Notes: generated by a model from the sequence alone, not told the origin. DNA of 64,000 bases from Pelagomonas calceolata (GCA_918797485.1 CAKKNE010000002.1:806001-870000); one strand, 5' to 3'. Counted from the first letter of the stretch, positions 21,036 to 32,144 are shown. Numbers and translations are program-made.

Positions 21036-21614
21036 ATGTACAAAGCCGTCCTCGCATTAGCTGCCAGCGCTGGGGCCTTCGCGCCGTCGGTGCACCAGCG
21101 GGCTACCGTGGTGCAGCAGGGCGTGCCGCTGGCCAATGGAGCCATGGAGTTTGACCGCATGCAGCCAGCGTCCGGCATTGATCGATGCGCTGCGACGACA
21201 TGCGTCGCCGACGCGCGCGCGCTCACGCGTGCAACACGCGGACCGTTACGAACGCAGGTGTGTGCCGCGAGTGGCGCTGCAAGTACGAGGGCGACAAGGC
21301 GACGAGCGCGTCGCTCGAGGCCTGCTCCAAAGTGTTGGATGAGTACCTGCCCGAGCTCAAGAAGATCGACGGCGTGACGGTGAACCGTGCGGTGCGGCGT
21401 CCACGCCGTCGTCGATAACTCACCGCTCAAACGCACAGGCCTCGTCTGCGGCGGCTGCCTCGACTTCAAGGTCATGGTCACGCAGCCCCTCGAGGGCTAC
21501 GGCCCCTGGGAGGAGGCCGGCCACCCGCCGGAGGCGGACTTCATCGCCAAGCTCAAGGCGATCCCCGGCGTGTCCCAGGTCGAGACGCAGACGATCACGA
21601 ACATGGTCCTCTAG
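21036..21614 (+). CDS. Plastid-targeted conserved small protein (CREWRCK, CGGC), 3 exons (21036-21156, 21258-21386, 21439-21614)
   Basis: ASAGAFAP bipartite motif; the GC-AG and GT-AG introns restore a continuous frame [27 protein letters not shown]. Confidence 0.8.
21157..21257 (+). other. GC-AG intron (101 nt)
   Basis: GAC C|gcatgc...acgcag|GT GTG TGC gives D-R-V-C. Confidence 0.7.
21387..21438 (+). other. GT-AG intron (52 nt)
   Basis: gtgcg...cgcacag with short inverted ends; partial core cacgccgtcg. Confidence 0.8.
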
Positions 21615-21655
21615 TAGGAGATCTTAGTAACTACACAGTGTAAGGGGCGCACTAC

Positions 21656-23316
21656 CTAGTCGCCGTTGACGCCTGCGCCCGGACGCCTCAACGGGGCGCG
21701 GTGCGGGACACTGGTGTCAGGACCTGGCATCATCTGCCCCCCAAATAAGGGCTTGAGGTAGCGCTGGTCCAGCTCCCGGAAGGCCGCGTGCAGGCCCGGT
21801 GCTGGGATTGATAATCTACGTTGTGGTTGAGGTGCCTCCTGGCCCACTTCGAGCAGCTCCGTATGTAAATCATCATCCCCATCCGAGACGGCGTCGGTCC
21901 CCCGCTTCATGCCGGCGTGCCGCAGCATCGGCTCCGTCAAGCCACCGCAGACGACCGTCGTGAAGATGACGATCGAGAGGGTAGTGGTCTCGTACACATC
22001 TTTGTGCGGCCCGGGCATGTTCTGCGACAGCGCGAACGCGATGGCGCCTCTTAAACCAGCAAACCAAATCACGACCTGCATCTTCCAGGGGATCTTCTGC
22101 TTCCTGACTAGATTGCACATGAACGACAGCGGAAACACGTTCAGGATCCTCCCAAGCAAACAAAATACGATGGCCAGCACCACAAAAGTGTGGTCCCACC
22201 TGCGTGTAATGCGACGCGTCGACGGCGTCGCCGCGGCCTTGCGACGCGACGCTCGCGCCACCGCCGTCGCCGCGACGCGACGAAGGAAGGACGCCGCTCT
22301 ACATACGTCTTGAACCGGCCCGTAAAAAAGCCCATGCCCATGTACATGAACACAAACGACTCGGCCACCGTCGACAGCGCCGCGAAGATCTCCTCCGCCG
22401 TCGTCTGACTGGTTTTGGACAGGTTGTAGGAGTTGTAGTGGGCTAAGACTATACCACAGAAGAATAGCGCCATGATGCCCGACAGCTCTATGGACTCGGC
22501 CAAAGCGTAGGCGCCGTAGGCGAATAAGAACAGTAGCGAGATTTCATATTTTGGGTAGTCCCTTATTCTCGTGTGTCGGAATAAGTACGAACATATGAGT
22601 CCCGTAGCCACGCCCATCAGTATGCTACCGATGGTTACGAAGAGAAACTCAAATAACGCCACGGGGATCTTCGACTGATCGAGCTCCGCGCCCTCCTCGT
22701 AGTAGTTGTAGAAGGTCCGGAACAACACAATTGCTACTGCATCATTTAACACGCTCTCGCCAAAGACCAACGAGTACAACAACGGGTCGCAGTTGAGTTC
22801 GGGCGAGCCCATGATCGATAATGTAGCTACCGGGTCCACGGCAGAGATCAATGCACCAAACAGTAATGCTTCCATGGGGTTCGTGGCGTCGACGTCCACG
22901 ATGCCCGCGCGCGCGCACGCGTACGTGAAGTAGCCCACGACGAAGGTGCTGATGAGGGTCCCAACCACAGCATACATCGTGATCGTCCCGAGGTTGCGGA
23001 AGAAGTTTTTTCTTCTTAAAGTGTAGCCCGCCTCGAAAATAATCGGGGGTAGCAGCAAGAAGAAGAATAACTCTGGCGAGAACGATAAAAAGTCCAACTC
23101 TTCGTCCGAATGGGTTATTAATCTAGCGATGCCTCCCACAACAAGTCCCACACATAAAGCCGCGGAGCTCTCCGGCATGAAGTAAAACCGGTACTTTTTT
23201 ATTAAGTACGCGCTCAGTAGGCATAGGCCCAGTACTACCACTAGCAATAACGTGTTCAACGCGTGGAACTCGTGCGTGCCGTCGTCCTCGTCTAAGCGGC
23301 GCCGCATGGCCCACAT
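21656..23316 (-). CDS. NHE: Na+/H+ exchanger (CPA1, endosomal NHE8/NHX-like), 2 exons (23316-22307, 22199-21656)
   Basis: FFFLLLPPIIFEAGY, ISAVDPVATL, VFGESVLNDAVAIVL, WFAGLRGAIAFAL. Confidence 0.93.
22200..22306 (-). other. GT-AG intron (107 nt) with introner core
   Basis: gtatgt...gacgccgtcgacgcg..acacgcag; restores FKTWDH. Confidence 0.85.
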
Positions 23317-23481
23317 GGTTTTAGTGTGGGTCACTGTGTGCGGCTGCCGGGTCGCTGCGGCGGGGCGTTCTCGCCGCGAGACGCAAGCAGGTCGGCTTGG
23401 GTGCTAAACTACAGACTCGCGAAGCCTCGGCTGTGGTTCAGCCCGCAATGCCGTAAAAAGCCGACGCCGCCGCTGGGGCTT

Positions 23482-23505
23482 GTTAGCGTCCTGTAAGACA
23501 CTAGC
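23482..23505 (-). promoter_or_regulatory. GCTAG-box upstream motif
   Basis: Reverse complement gctagtgtcttacaggacgctaac, in a divergent region. Confidence 0.75.
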
Positions 23506-23878
23506 AAAAGCGAAAAACGCGTTTCCGAGTCTGAAGCGTCTTGTGGGGCTGCTCGTATTGCTATGAGCGGGGCAACGGCTCAGTAGATTAGTCCTAGCGC
23601 GGCATCTGATGCACTTGGGCGAGACGACGAAGGCCTCTTTTTACGCAACGAGCAGGCTATAAAAGCTATCGTGCCGCATCGCGCGGCCGCATTCCAGCGC
23701 GCGAAGAGTTGCACTCCATCGCTGCGCGTCGTAATAGCTAGCAGAGCAAGTCAGCCTAGCTCCCAGCGCCTGCAACGCGAGCAGCGCACCGTCGCGAGAC
23801 GAGCCGGGCGCGCATTAGGCGTCGTCACAGACCTCTCGATAAGTAGCGAGCTCCGCGCCGCCGCCGCGCACAAGCACC

Positions 23879-24694
23879 ATGTCGATCAACGATGAATTAA
23901 TATGGCAGCAGCTCAACGGCCAGTTCTGCTCCTTCAAGGCCAAGGTGCAGACGCAGAACTTCTGCAGGAACGAGATGAACGTGACTGGACTTTGTAACAA
24001 GTCGGCCTGTCCGCTGGCGAACAGCCGGTACGCGACGATCCGGGAAATTGATGGACGGTGCTATTTGATGGTGAAGACCATTGAAAGGGCCCACTTACCA
24101 TCTAGACTGTGGCAGAAGATACGACTCCCGAGGAATTATGCGGCTGCGTTGTCGAAAGTCACGGAGGAGCTCGAGCATTTCCCGAAGTACCTGCAACACC
24201 GAAACAAACAGCGGTTGACGCGGATCCACCAATATCTCATGAGGATGCGCAAATTAGCATTGCGGTCTCGACCTACTCTGACCACGGTAAAAAAGAAGGT
24301 CGAGCGGCGCGAAGACCGCAAGGAGGTCAAGGCTCTAGCGGCCGCCAAGCTCTCGAAGTCCATCGAAGCCGAATTGTTACAGAGGTTAAAACAGGGTACT
24401 TATGGCGACATCTACAATTTCGAAAGTACGGCCTGGAACGAGGCGCTCGACAAGGAACAACAGGCGCAGGAGGAGAGCGAGGACGAGGACGAGGAGGAGC
24501 TGCGGGAGATGATCGAGTACTGCGAGCAATCAGAGTCCGAGGACGAGATCGAGGACGTCGCGGATCGGTTGAGTGAGCCCGTGGTACCTGTGAAGAAGCG
24601 GAAGGCGCCTTCTTCTAGGGCGCGCGTCGCGATCGAGTACGACGACGAAGATAGTGAAGCTGAGGCCGAGCCGGTCGCGGCGATGGCGTTTTAG
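23879..24694 (+). CDS. MAK16: 60S biogenesis protein MAK16
   Basis: DELIWQ..FCSFK..FCRNEMNVTGLCN..CPLANSRYAT..ELLQRLKQGTYGDIYNF plus acidic tail. Confidence 0.95.
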   Translation: MSINDELIWQQLNGQFCSFKAKVQTQNFCRNEMNVTGLCNKSACPLANSRYATIREIDGRCYLMVKTIERAHLPSRLWQKIRLPRNYAAALSKVTEELEHFPKYLQHRNKQRLTRIHQYLMRMRKLALRSRPTLTTVKKKVERREDRKEVKALAAAKLSKSIEAELLQRLKQGTYGDIYNFESTAWNEALDKEQQAQEESEDEDEEELREMIEYCEQSESEDEIEDVADRLSEPVVPVKKRKAPSSRARVAIEYDDEDSEAEAEPVAAMAF

Positions 24695-24952
24695 GGCTCC
24701 ACGGCCGGTGGAGGGGTAATTGTGATTAGTTGATTTACGCGTCGATGGCGAAGAGGGGGGATATGATCTGCACCCAGCAGACTGCATCGATCAACCGTTC
24801 ATACTCGGGACCACGCGGCGTGGATGCAGCGAGTCGAGCTTCTTCCGAGGGCCTCTACTGCCCCTCCCCGATGGCGTACGCGCATAGTAGCGTGTTTTCG
24901 TCTCTGTCCGTGATTTAACTTCCGTGAGAGCCCCGAGGGACTAGACGTGAGT

Positions 24953-24965
24953 GCTAGTGTGTCAC
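24953..24965 (+). promoter_or_regulatory. GCTAG-box upstream motif (degenerate, left arm)
   Basis: gctagtgtgtcac, ~140 bp upstream of ATG 25096. Confidence 0.4.
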
Positions 24966-25095
24966 CGCTGCTGCTGCCAGAGGCTCTGCAGCCCAGGCTC
25001 TGCTGCTGCCAGGCTGCTGCTGCTGCCAGGCCTGGGCGTGCTTCCGCAAGCGACTCCTCAATTGACTACTCAAGTCTCTTTGGGGTTTTGGCACA

Positions 25096-26055
25096 ATGTC
25101 ACACGAGACAGCGCGAGAGCCCCTCCGGCTCTCAAACCCCCTTCCGATGGCGAGGCTGGCACGCAGCGCGACAAAGGTGACGGTCCACTGGATGGGGCCC
25201 TCCTTCAATTACGCCACGCCGGAGCACGCGAAGCTCCTGGATGCTGTGGCCGAAATCCACGACGACACCTGGGACCCTGTCGAAAACTACCATGGCATAG
25301 AGTTGCCCAGCGAGCTGCGCCTGGACGGTGCTGGGCGCGTCGTGCGCGAGAAAAAAAACCACGAACGCTGGGACGACGTAAGGGTCGTCGTCGAGCTCAG
25401 CACGGGGTTGAATCTCGCCCACACGTGGAAGTATGAAAATGAGTTCACCATCCAGCACGTTCGGGCTAGCGACGAGCGGCCGCTGTTTCACGCGCATGCG
25501 GTGGCGGGGGCGTGTTCTCGATTTCCAGGGATCAAAGTGGGCGTCTCGCCCGCTTTGACGATTGGCGAGCTTCAAAGGGGATGGATCAAAGGTCCTCCGC
25601 CCCCTACCGTCGTGCATGTCCATTGTCCGCCCCTGGAGGTGGTTAATGACGTAGGGCAGCTTCTTACGCTCGCGATTCTGCGCGAAAAGCTCCTCGAAAT
25701 GGTCTCGGACGACCCGATCGTGCGCCTCAATTCCTTCGGACCCCGGTGTCTCGGACCTGTCGACCACGCGGTGCTGAGTGCACTGGAGATCGGTCCGGTC
25801 CAATTATTGTATGCTGCCAATAACGGCTGTAAATCGACTGAAGAGGCCGTGGCGTTCCTCAGGGAGAACCCTGACATTGTAGTGAAGGGCGTGATGGAGA
25901 CTCGGAGCGAGGGCGAGGAGGCGTCTTTGATGGAGGCCGAGGACATTATGGCAAGCTGGTACGCACCCCCGTCGGACAAGTGGCGGATATTCGGCCGAAA
26001 GGATTTCGCCTACTTCGTCCCCGGTTTCCGCGGTAATACGATTAACTCGTGGTAA
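25096..26055 (+). CDS. Hypothetical protein
   Basis: 319-aa ORF with globular composition; no motif recognised. Confidence 0.6.
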   Translation: MSHETAREPLRLSNPLPMARLARSATKVTVHWMGPSFNYATPEHAKLLDAVAEIHDDTWDPVENYHGIELPSELRLDGAGRVVREKKNHERWDDVRVVVELSTGLNLAHTWKYENEFTIQHVRASDERPLFHAHAVAGACSRFPGIKVGVSPALTIGELQRGWIKGPPPPTVVHVHCPPLEVVNDVGQLLTLAILREKLLEMVSDDPIVRLNSFGPRCLGPVDHAVLSALEIGPVQLLYAANNGCKSTEEAVAFLRENPDIVVKGVMETRSEGEEASLMEAEDIMASWYAPPSDKWRIFGRKDFAYFVPGFRGNTINSW

Positions 26056-26172
26056 TAAGATTTCCTGTAAGAAATATTCGCTTATTGAACCCACCCCCAG
26101 TTCACGATACTATTGTTGGCACATGGCACATTTAACCGGGGGGACAGGGACAGGGGCAAAGGGACACGACAT

Positions 26173-27109
26173 CTAGGGCAACACGGCGTCGGCGCGGCCG
26201 TCCGAAGAAAGCGCCATCTCGTAGAGCAGCACGTGCGCGCCCTCGCTACCAGCGGCGAAGTCGAGCTTGAGCGGGCCCTTGACCTCGCACGCGTCGCGCG
26301 CCGAGAGCTGCGCCTTGTTGACCGTAATGTCACCTTCCAAAACGAGCACGTACGCCTGGCGCCCCTCGCGCACGTCGAAGTCGAGGCACTTGGTCGGCGA
26401 GAGCTCGGTCGCATACATGTGCAAGTCCTGCTGAATTTGCACTTGGGCGTCCTCGCCCGCGGCTCCCGCGTCGCCGACCATGTAGGCCCACTTGTCTTGG
26501 CGGTCGAAGCCGGACGCCGAGCCGTAGCTGGGCTTGAGACCCCTTTTGCGAGGAAGAATCCACGACTGGACGAAGCGGAGCGGCTCGCCCCCGTGGTTCT
26601 CTTCGCTGTGCGAGACGCCCGTCCCGGCGCTCATGAACTGGATCGCGCCGCGGCCGAGCTCCTCGGCGTTGCCCTTGCTGTCCTTGTGCCAGAGCGAGCC
26701 ATCTACTACATAGGTAACTATCTCCATGTCGCGATGGGGATGCGTGCCGAAACCGCGCTTCGGCTGCACGATATCGTCGTTCACGACGCGCCTGCGTGGC
26801 CATCGACGAGTGAGTTTCGTCACTCGCGTCGATGGCGTCCCGGACGATGCGAGAAGGGTTTCAGACGCGGATGACGCGCAGGACGCCGAAGTTGCCGGGC
26901 CCGCCAGCGTATTCAGCGAAACTAAAATGGAACCGCGACGTGAGCCAGTGCTTGCACGACCACGCGCCGTCCGGCTTGTCCGGCGGGTTGCCGAACCACG
27001 AAGGGTTAGGTTGGGAAACGTAGAGGCTCGAGGACTTGATGACGCGCAGCGGCGCATTGCGCGGCGCCAATTGCTGAGCAATTGAAAGCACGGGCTTGTA
27101 CGTCGCCAT
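26173..27109 (-). CDS. Pirin-family (YhhW-like) bicupin, 2 exons (27109-26880, 26791-26173)
   Basis: FSFAEY..FGVLRVVNDD..GFGTHPHRDMEIVTY..HKDSKGN..MSAGTGVSHSEEN. Confidence 0.9.
26792..26879 (-). other. GC-AG intron (88 nt) with 7-bp junction duplication and introner core
   Basis: CT|gcgcgtc...cacgcag|gcgcgtc; core gacgccatcgacgcg. Confidence 0.8.
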
Positions 27110-27336
27110 GGTGAACAGTAGGCGAAGAATGGTGACGATTGCTACTGCTATGTGTGCTGAGTGAGAGCGCTCTCTCACGTCAGGCTGCTTTTCGCTGTCG
27201 AACGAATGAGTCTTAGGCCTTCTGTAAGGTCTGGAGGGCCGCAGCGGTCACGGATAAGCTGTGTGGTCGCTGCTCAGTAAATAATAGTGATCTCTAAGAG
27301 CTCGAAAAACGTGCTTCGGTCTTTGGCTCGGTGCTT

Positions 27337-27362
27337 GCTAGTGTGTCTTACAGGCCGCTAGC
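27337..27362 (+). promoter_or_regulatory. GCTAG-box upstream motif
   Basis: gctagtgtgtcttacaggccgctagc, in a divergent region. Confidence 0.7.
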
Positions 27363-27530
27363 CCATACGCGATTTCGCCGCGGGCGCGTGAAAGCCAAGC
27401 TGAGCCGTGTGCAGAGTGCTGCATCAGTCACGCGAAAGCGTGCGCCAGCAAGCAGACCGCGCAGAAACGCGCGCATCCATCTGTGCGGCCCATTTGCTGG
27501 TCCCCTCTCACAACACAAACAACAACAAAA

Positions 27531-29183
27531 ATGGCAAAAACCACCTGGAAGACCTACTTCGGCGAAGCCCCGGAAGCACACAGCTCCGACGACGACGACT
27601 ACCACGAGGGCAAACCCAACGGCTACACGCGCGACGAGGCGCGCGAGCGCGACCGGAAGTGGTCGGAGATCAAGGCCTTCGAGGCCGCTCGCACAATCAC
27701 AGTATTGACCAAAGCAGACCACAGAGGGCTCTGTAGCAGTGTGCGGCCCGTCGACGGCGCCGAGGCCGTGGTGTCGTACGACATGCGGGACAACGGCGAC
27801 ACGCTGCTGAAACAGGTAAAGCGCCAGGTCGTGACGGTCGGAGCCAACGACGCCCAACTCGATGATGTGCTACGAGAGCTGCGCCGTGGCGAGCGCGCCC
27901 GCGTCACGCTCGACGACGGCAGTACAATGGACGTGACGCTGCACTTTGTTAGAATAGAGCGCGCCGTCGCGCCGCGGCCGAGCCCCTGGACACCACTCAT
28001 ACAAGGAGCGTGCCGTTCAAAGCGCGTCGCGCTCGGGTCCTCTACACAAAGGCCGCGCTGGGGCGATACGGCGACGGTGAGGATAGGCGCCGACGAAGCG
28101 AGCCTCGGGGCGTCGCAGCGCGTGGTAATGGGAGGCGCCCATGAATTGGAAGAGGGCGTCGAGGCGGCTTTATTAGGCATGAAGGCCGGCGAGGTTTGCG
28201 AAGTCGTGGCCTCAGGCGAGTTTGGTTCTGGAAGGTGCTGCGTGGCTCTTGGTGACATCGAAGGTAGTAAGCCGGAGCCCGACGTTGATGGGGCGCGGCG
28301 CGTCGCGGAGGATGGACGGGAGAGAGGGCTGGCTTTCGTTGACAAGAACGAGTGGCGGCGCGCCGAGGCCGTGTTTTCGCGGGCGCTCGGCGCGCTGGAG
28401 GAGAATTTGGATTTATTGAAAGTGGAAGATAGGAGGGATATCGAGAATGAAGTGGTCGCCCCGCTGCTCTTGGACATCGCGGCGTGCGCGCGGCGCCGCC
28501 AAGGTTTTAGTGACGAGGACGTTTGTTTGACGAAAGCATTAGGATTGGCTGTTGAGCGGGAGGGCGGCGCCGCGCGCGCTCGTGCGTTATTACGTCGAGG
28601 CGCCGCGCGCGCGGACCTGGAACGCTTCGCTGAAGCAAAAGACGATCTGAAACGAGCAGCCCAGGACGCGCGAAAAATAGCGACGGATGCGAACGCATCA
28701 ATGGAAGCGCGCAAAGATATGCGAGACGCCTATGAGGCTTGTAGGACTGAGCTCGAGCGACTGGTGCGCCAGCGGAAGGAACAAAAGGCTCGAGAGAAGG
28801 CGGGCCTGTTCGGCGGATTGGATAGGGCCTTCTCCGACGTCGTCGAGGTCTCGGATGACAAGCCGCCCAAACCGCCGCCGTTGTTGTACGAGAAAGAAAT
28901 TGAGACAACATTACGCAAGAAGCAACCTTGGAACCACGACCCCCGCTACTACGATGTACCAAGGGCGCCCCATGTGGTACCGCCGCCGGCGGAGACTATC
29001 AGGACCGATAATTTGAAGGGCGAGTTCGAGGCTATCGACGAGGCCGAAACGGAGCAGGCGAAGTTGTCTTCCATGTTAAGGCAGAACGTGGTCATGCAGC
29101 AGATGTACGACTGCAACGGCACGGGCCGGCGGGGGAAGCCGTCGAACGACCCCGAGTATATGGGTGGCGGGATGGTGGCGTGA
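27531..29183 (+). CDS. Divergent FKBP-like + TPR co-chaperone
   Basis: RPRWGDTATV, GVEAALLGMKAGEVCEV (FKBP-like); TPRs ARALLRRGAARADLERFAEAKDDLKRA. Confidence 0.7.
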   Translation: MAKTTWKTYFGEAPEAHSSDDDDYHEGKPNGYTRDEARERDRKWSEIKAFEAARTITVLTKADHRGLCSSVRPVDGAEAVVSYDMRDNGDTLLKQVKRQVVTVGANDAQLDDVLRELRRGERARVTLDDGSTMDVTLHFVRIERAVAPRPSPWTPLIQGACRSKRVALGSSTQRPRWGDTATVRIGADEASLGASQRVVMGGAHELEEGVEAALLGMKAGEVCEVVASGEFGSGRCCVALGDIEGSKPEPDVDGARRVAEDGRERGLAFVDKNEWRRAEAVFSRALGALEENLDLLKVEDRRDIENEVVAPLLLDIAACARRRQGFSDEDVCLTKALGLAVEREGGAARARALLRRGAARADLERFAEAKDDLKRAAQDARKIATDANASMEARKDMRDAYEACRTELERLVRQRKEQKAREKAGLFGGLDRAFSDVVEVSDDKPPKPPPLLYEKEIETTLRKKQPWNHDPRYYDVPRAPHVVPPPAETIRTDNLKGEFEAIDEAETEQAKLSSMLRQNVVMQQMYDCNGTGRRGKPSNDPEYMGGGMVA

Positions 29184-29200
29184 TGAGTAAGACTGTGATT

Positions 29201-29590
29201 TTATCCTGGCGGCGACGGCGTCTCGCGGGCGCGGAGCACTCCTTGCGCGTATCGTAAACTGTCCTCAATATTCAATGTGAGCGGATGCGCGCCACCGAAC
29301 ACGCGCCGCGCGATCCGTTCAATTTCCTCGATCGTCGCCACGGCCTCGCGGAGATCATCGAGCGTGGCGGCGGGGTCCGTGTAGAACGCCCGCGCGTAAA
29401 GCGACCTCATTTTGAGCGTCAGTCTATGTCCTTCTCCAAGAACGCGTCGCGCCACAGGTATCGTTTTGTGCAGCAGCGACCTGGCTTCTTCGGCTTCGGG
29501 CGCTTGCTCTAGATCAACGAGGGAGTTCGCATAGTTGAGGGCTGCTATAAAGGTGTTCAAGTGTTCCTCGCCATTGAGCTTCAAACGTCC
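29201..29590 (-). pseudogene. 3' fragment of a TPR/kinesin-light-chain-like repeat gene
   Basis: GRLKLNGEEH..ARRVLGEGHRLTLKMR..LDDLREAVATIEEIERIARRVFGGAHP; no N-terminal part. Confidence 0.6.
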
Positions 29591-29925
29591 ATGAGGATTA
29601 CGCCGAACGCCCGTTAGACGACTACATCGTTGACGTGACCGAAGCTGTGGAGATCTTGGAGAAGGACGAACGGACGACGCGAAGTGTCCGAGGGAGCGAC
29701 CATCCCGAGGCCCAGCGCGTGGCGGACTTGCTCAGACGGATGCGATTGAGGCTCAAGCGCGCCCGCGACCAACAAAGCGCAGCTGAAATCGCGGCGGACG
29801 CAGAGGATGCTCGTTTAGCGGCCGAGGAGGACGCGTCGTTCGACTCGGACACGTACTCGAACTCCGCTTCCGACGCGTCCGAAGACGAGGACGACGAAGG
29901 AGAAGACTCGGCCTCGGAGAGCTAG
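29590..29925 (+). pseudogene. 3' fragment of a related TPR-like gene on the opposite strand
   Basis: DVTEAVEILEKDERTTRSVRGSDHPEA parallels the last repeat of the adjacent fragment; acidic tail; no start. Confidence 0.5.
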
Positions 29926-29977
29926 AGAAGTAAGTTGAGAAGTTCTATTTCTAGTTACCACAACACAAACGGATATA

Positions 29978-31171
29978 TCAGGGCCACAGCATAAAGGGCC
30001 GCCCGAGCGCCTCCCGCCGCTTCACTATTAATTGCGACACCGTCGAGCACGCGACGCCGACGAAGAGCCGCGCGCCCACGGCGAGGTCCATCTCCGCGGC
30101 CACGCGGCCCGGCGCGGACGCCTCCCCCAAGGACGCGTTCAGTATTTCAGAGACGGGCCGCACTCTCGAATTCCCCAGGGCGTCCCGCGCCCTATTGGGG
30201 TCGTCCGAGAGCAGGAGCACCGGCGCGGGATTGTTGAGAGCGTCGAGCACCGCGAAGACGCGGGCGAGGTCGGCGTCCGACGGCGGGCAGAACTTGGGTC
30301 GTTTGGCACATAAAGAGCCGAAGTCGCCCAATCGGACATGCACGGCGTCGTAGGTGCCCGTAGATTTCATGGCGTGCGCGACGACGGTCTGGAGTTGTGA
30401 GGAGGCGCGCAGCGCTGTGAGTAGAGCGCGCGCGCGCGGTTCCGACGCGTCGAGGCGCCCCAAGGCGTGCGCCGCGCAGGGCGCGAGGTGCGTCTTTTCG
30501 CGTCGCGGCGCGACGAGCCCGAGAAATGATGAAGAGGCGTTGAGTGCCGAGTCCCAGCGGAAGCCGGCTCTACACGGACTCGAAGCGACGTCCAGGCCGC
30601 GGCAGGGCCTAGCGCTCTTGAACGCGGAACGCTTATAAGCCTCTTGGTGGCACGGCCCCAGCAGCAGGAACTCCCTCACATCAACGCCGACGGCGCAGCG
30701 CGGTAATTTATTCAAGGCGACGGCGCCCGGGGCCACGACGCACGTCTGCACGAGCGAAGGCGCCGCGTACGCGCGCGCGTGTTTTTTCATCAGGCTGAAC
30801 GCGTACGCCGCCGGCGGAGAAAAAGCGTCGCACGTGTGCTCGTCGCCTTCCACGACGAAACTAACACCCTCACAATCATGCAGCATGGCGCGCCACGTCG
30901 CCACGTTCGCGACGGTTCGTAAGCGAGGGACGTCGAACACATCCTCGAAGGCGTGGTGCCGCGCGTCGCCTCGCATCGAAGACCGGTCCGCCCTCAAATC
31001 GGGCAGCACCAGGGTCCGCGTCGCGTCGCCGGCGCACTGCACGCGGCCGAGTAGCTGTTCCAGTTGATTCCCCAGGCCGCCGCCGCGCGCATAGTGATCC
31101 GGCCAGGCCATCCAGTAGTCCGTCGCATGCGCGGCTTGTAGGAGCCATGCGGCCGCGAGGCGTTTCGTCAT
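29978..31171 (-). CDS. O-fucosyltransferase-like glycosyltransferase (secretory)
   Basis: GGLGNQ, RTLVLP, YDAVHVRLGDF, LLSDD, ARLFVG..STVS. Confidence 0.85.
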   Translation of the reverse strand: MTKRLAAAWLLQAAHATDYWMAWPDHYARGGGLGNQLEQLLGRVQCAGDATRTLVLPDLRADRSSMRGDARHHAFEDVFDVPRLRTVANVATWRAMLHDCEGVSFVVEGDEHTCDAFSPPAAYAFSLMKKHARAYAAPSLVQTCVVAPGAVALNKLPRCAVGVDVREFLLLGPCHQEAYKRSAFKSARPCRGLDVASSPCRAGFRWDSALNASSSFLGLVAPRREKTHLAPCAAHALGRLDASEPRARALLTALRASSQLQTVVAHAMKSTGTYDAVHVRLGDFGSLCAKRPKFCPPSDADLARVFAVLDALNNPAPVLLLSDDPNRARDALGNSRVRPVSEILNASLGEASAPGRVAAEMDLAVGARLFVGVACSTVSQLIVKRREALGRPFMLWP

Positions 31172-31715
31172 CGCTGCTGGCTCATCGTTGCGGCGGTGGC
31201 GTCTTTGGGCAGCCGCTCTGTGTATGCAAATTTGAGTTCGGGTTCGTGCCAGGTCTGGGGCCGACGTGTGGTTTTTCGGATTGGCTTGAAGCCAGCACGA
31301 CTCCCTCTGCTGTGGAAATGTCTGCTCGGCTGCATCTCTGGGCTAGTAGGTTCCAATCGCCCATTTTGCAGGCTGGGCCGCAAAAGCGAGGGCTTATTGC
31401 GCACCGTGCGACGCCGTGCTGACTAAACCGACATCGTTTATCGAAAGCTTACCTCAGCGTGTGGGCCTCCTCTGCAAACCAGACTCTCGGAGGACGCGTA
31501 AGCGCCGCAAAAGCCCTGTCTAGCTCTGCAGCGAGCACTGCTATAGCGCGGGACTTGTAGCGACGCGCGGCCGTCACTGGTGCTGCTACGGGACCGCCTT
31601 GCACCTAGAGAGACGAGAGATCGTCAACTTGAGACGCACGCACGCAAACTATTCGAGCGCTCACCGCACTGCGAGACGCGCCGCTCACCCACCCCCAATA
31701 ACGCAGGTCGCCACC

Positions 31716-32144
31716 ATGGGCGTCATCAAGAGCGGCAAGGTCGTCATCGTCCTGCAGGGACGGTTCGCGGGCCGCAAGGCTATTGTGGTGAAAGCCTACG
31801 ACGATGGCAATGCGGAGCGGCGATTCGCGCACGCGATGGTTGCGGGCATCGACCGCGCGCCCCGGAAGGTGACGCGGAGCATGTCCAAGGAGAAGATCCA
31901 GAAGCGCACGAAGATGAAGCCCTTTTTGAAGTACGTCAACTACACGCACCTCATGCCCACGAGATATGTGGTCGATCTTGATCTGAAGAAGATCGTGGAC
32001 GAGAGCGGGCTCAAGGAGGGCAAGGCCGAGGCGCGCAAGGCCATCAAGAAGGTCTTCGAGGAGCGGTACCACCAGCAGTCGTCGGCGAAGAAGGAGAAGA
32101 AGGCCGCGGGCACGATGTACTTCTACAAGAAGATGGCGTTCTAA
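31716..32144 (+). CDS. RPL27: 60S ribosomal protein eL27
   Basis: KSGKVVIVLQGRFAGRKAIVVK..VNYTHLMPTRY; a possible 5'-UTR intron acceptor (acgcag) at 31706. Confidence 0.97.
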   Translation: MGVIKSGKVVIVLQGRFAGRKAIVVKAYDDGNAERRFAHAMVAGIDRAPRKVTRSMSKEKIQKRTKMKPFLKYVNYTHLMPTRYVVDLDLKKIVDESGLKEGKAEARKAIKKVFEERYHQQSSAKKEKKAAGTMYFYKKMAF

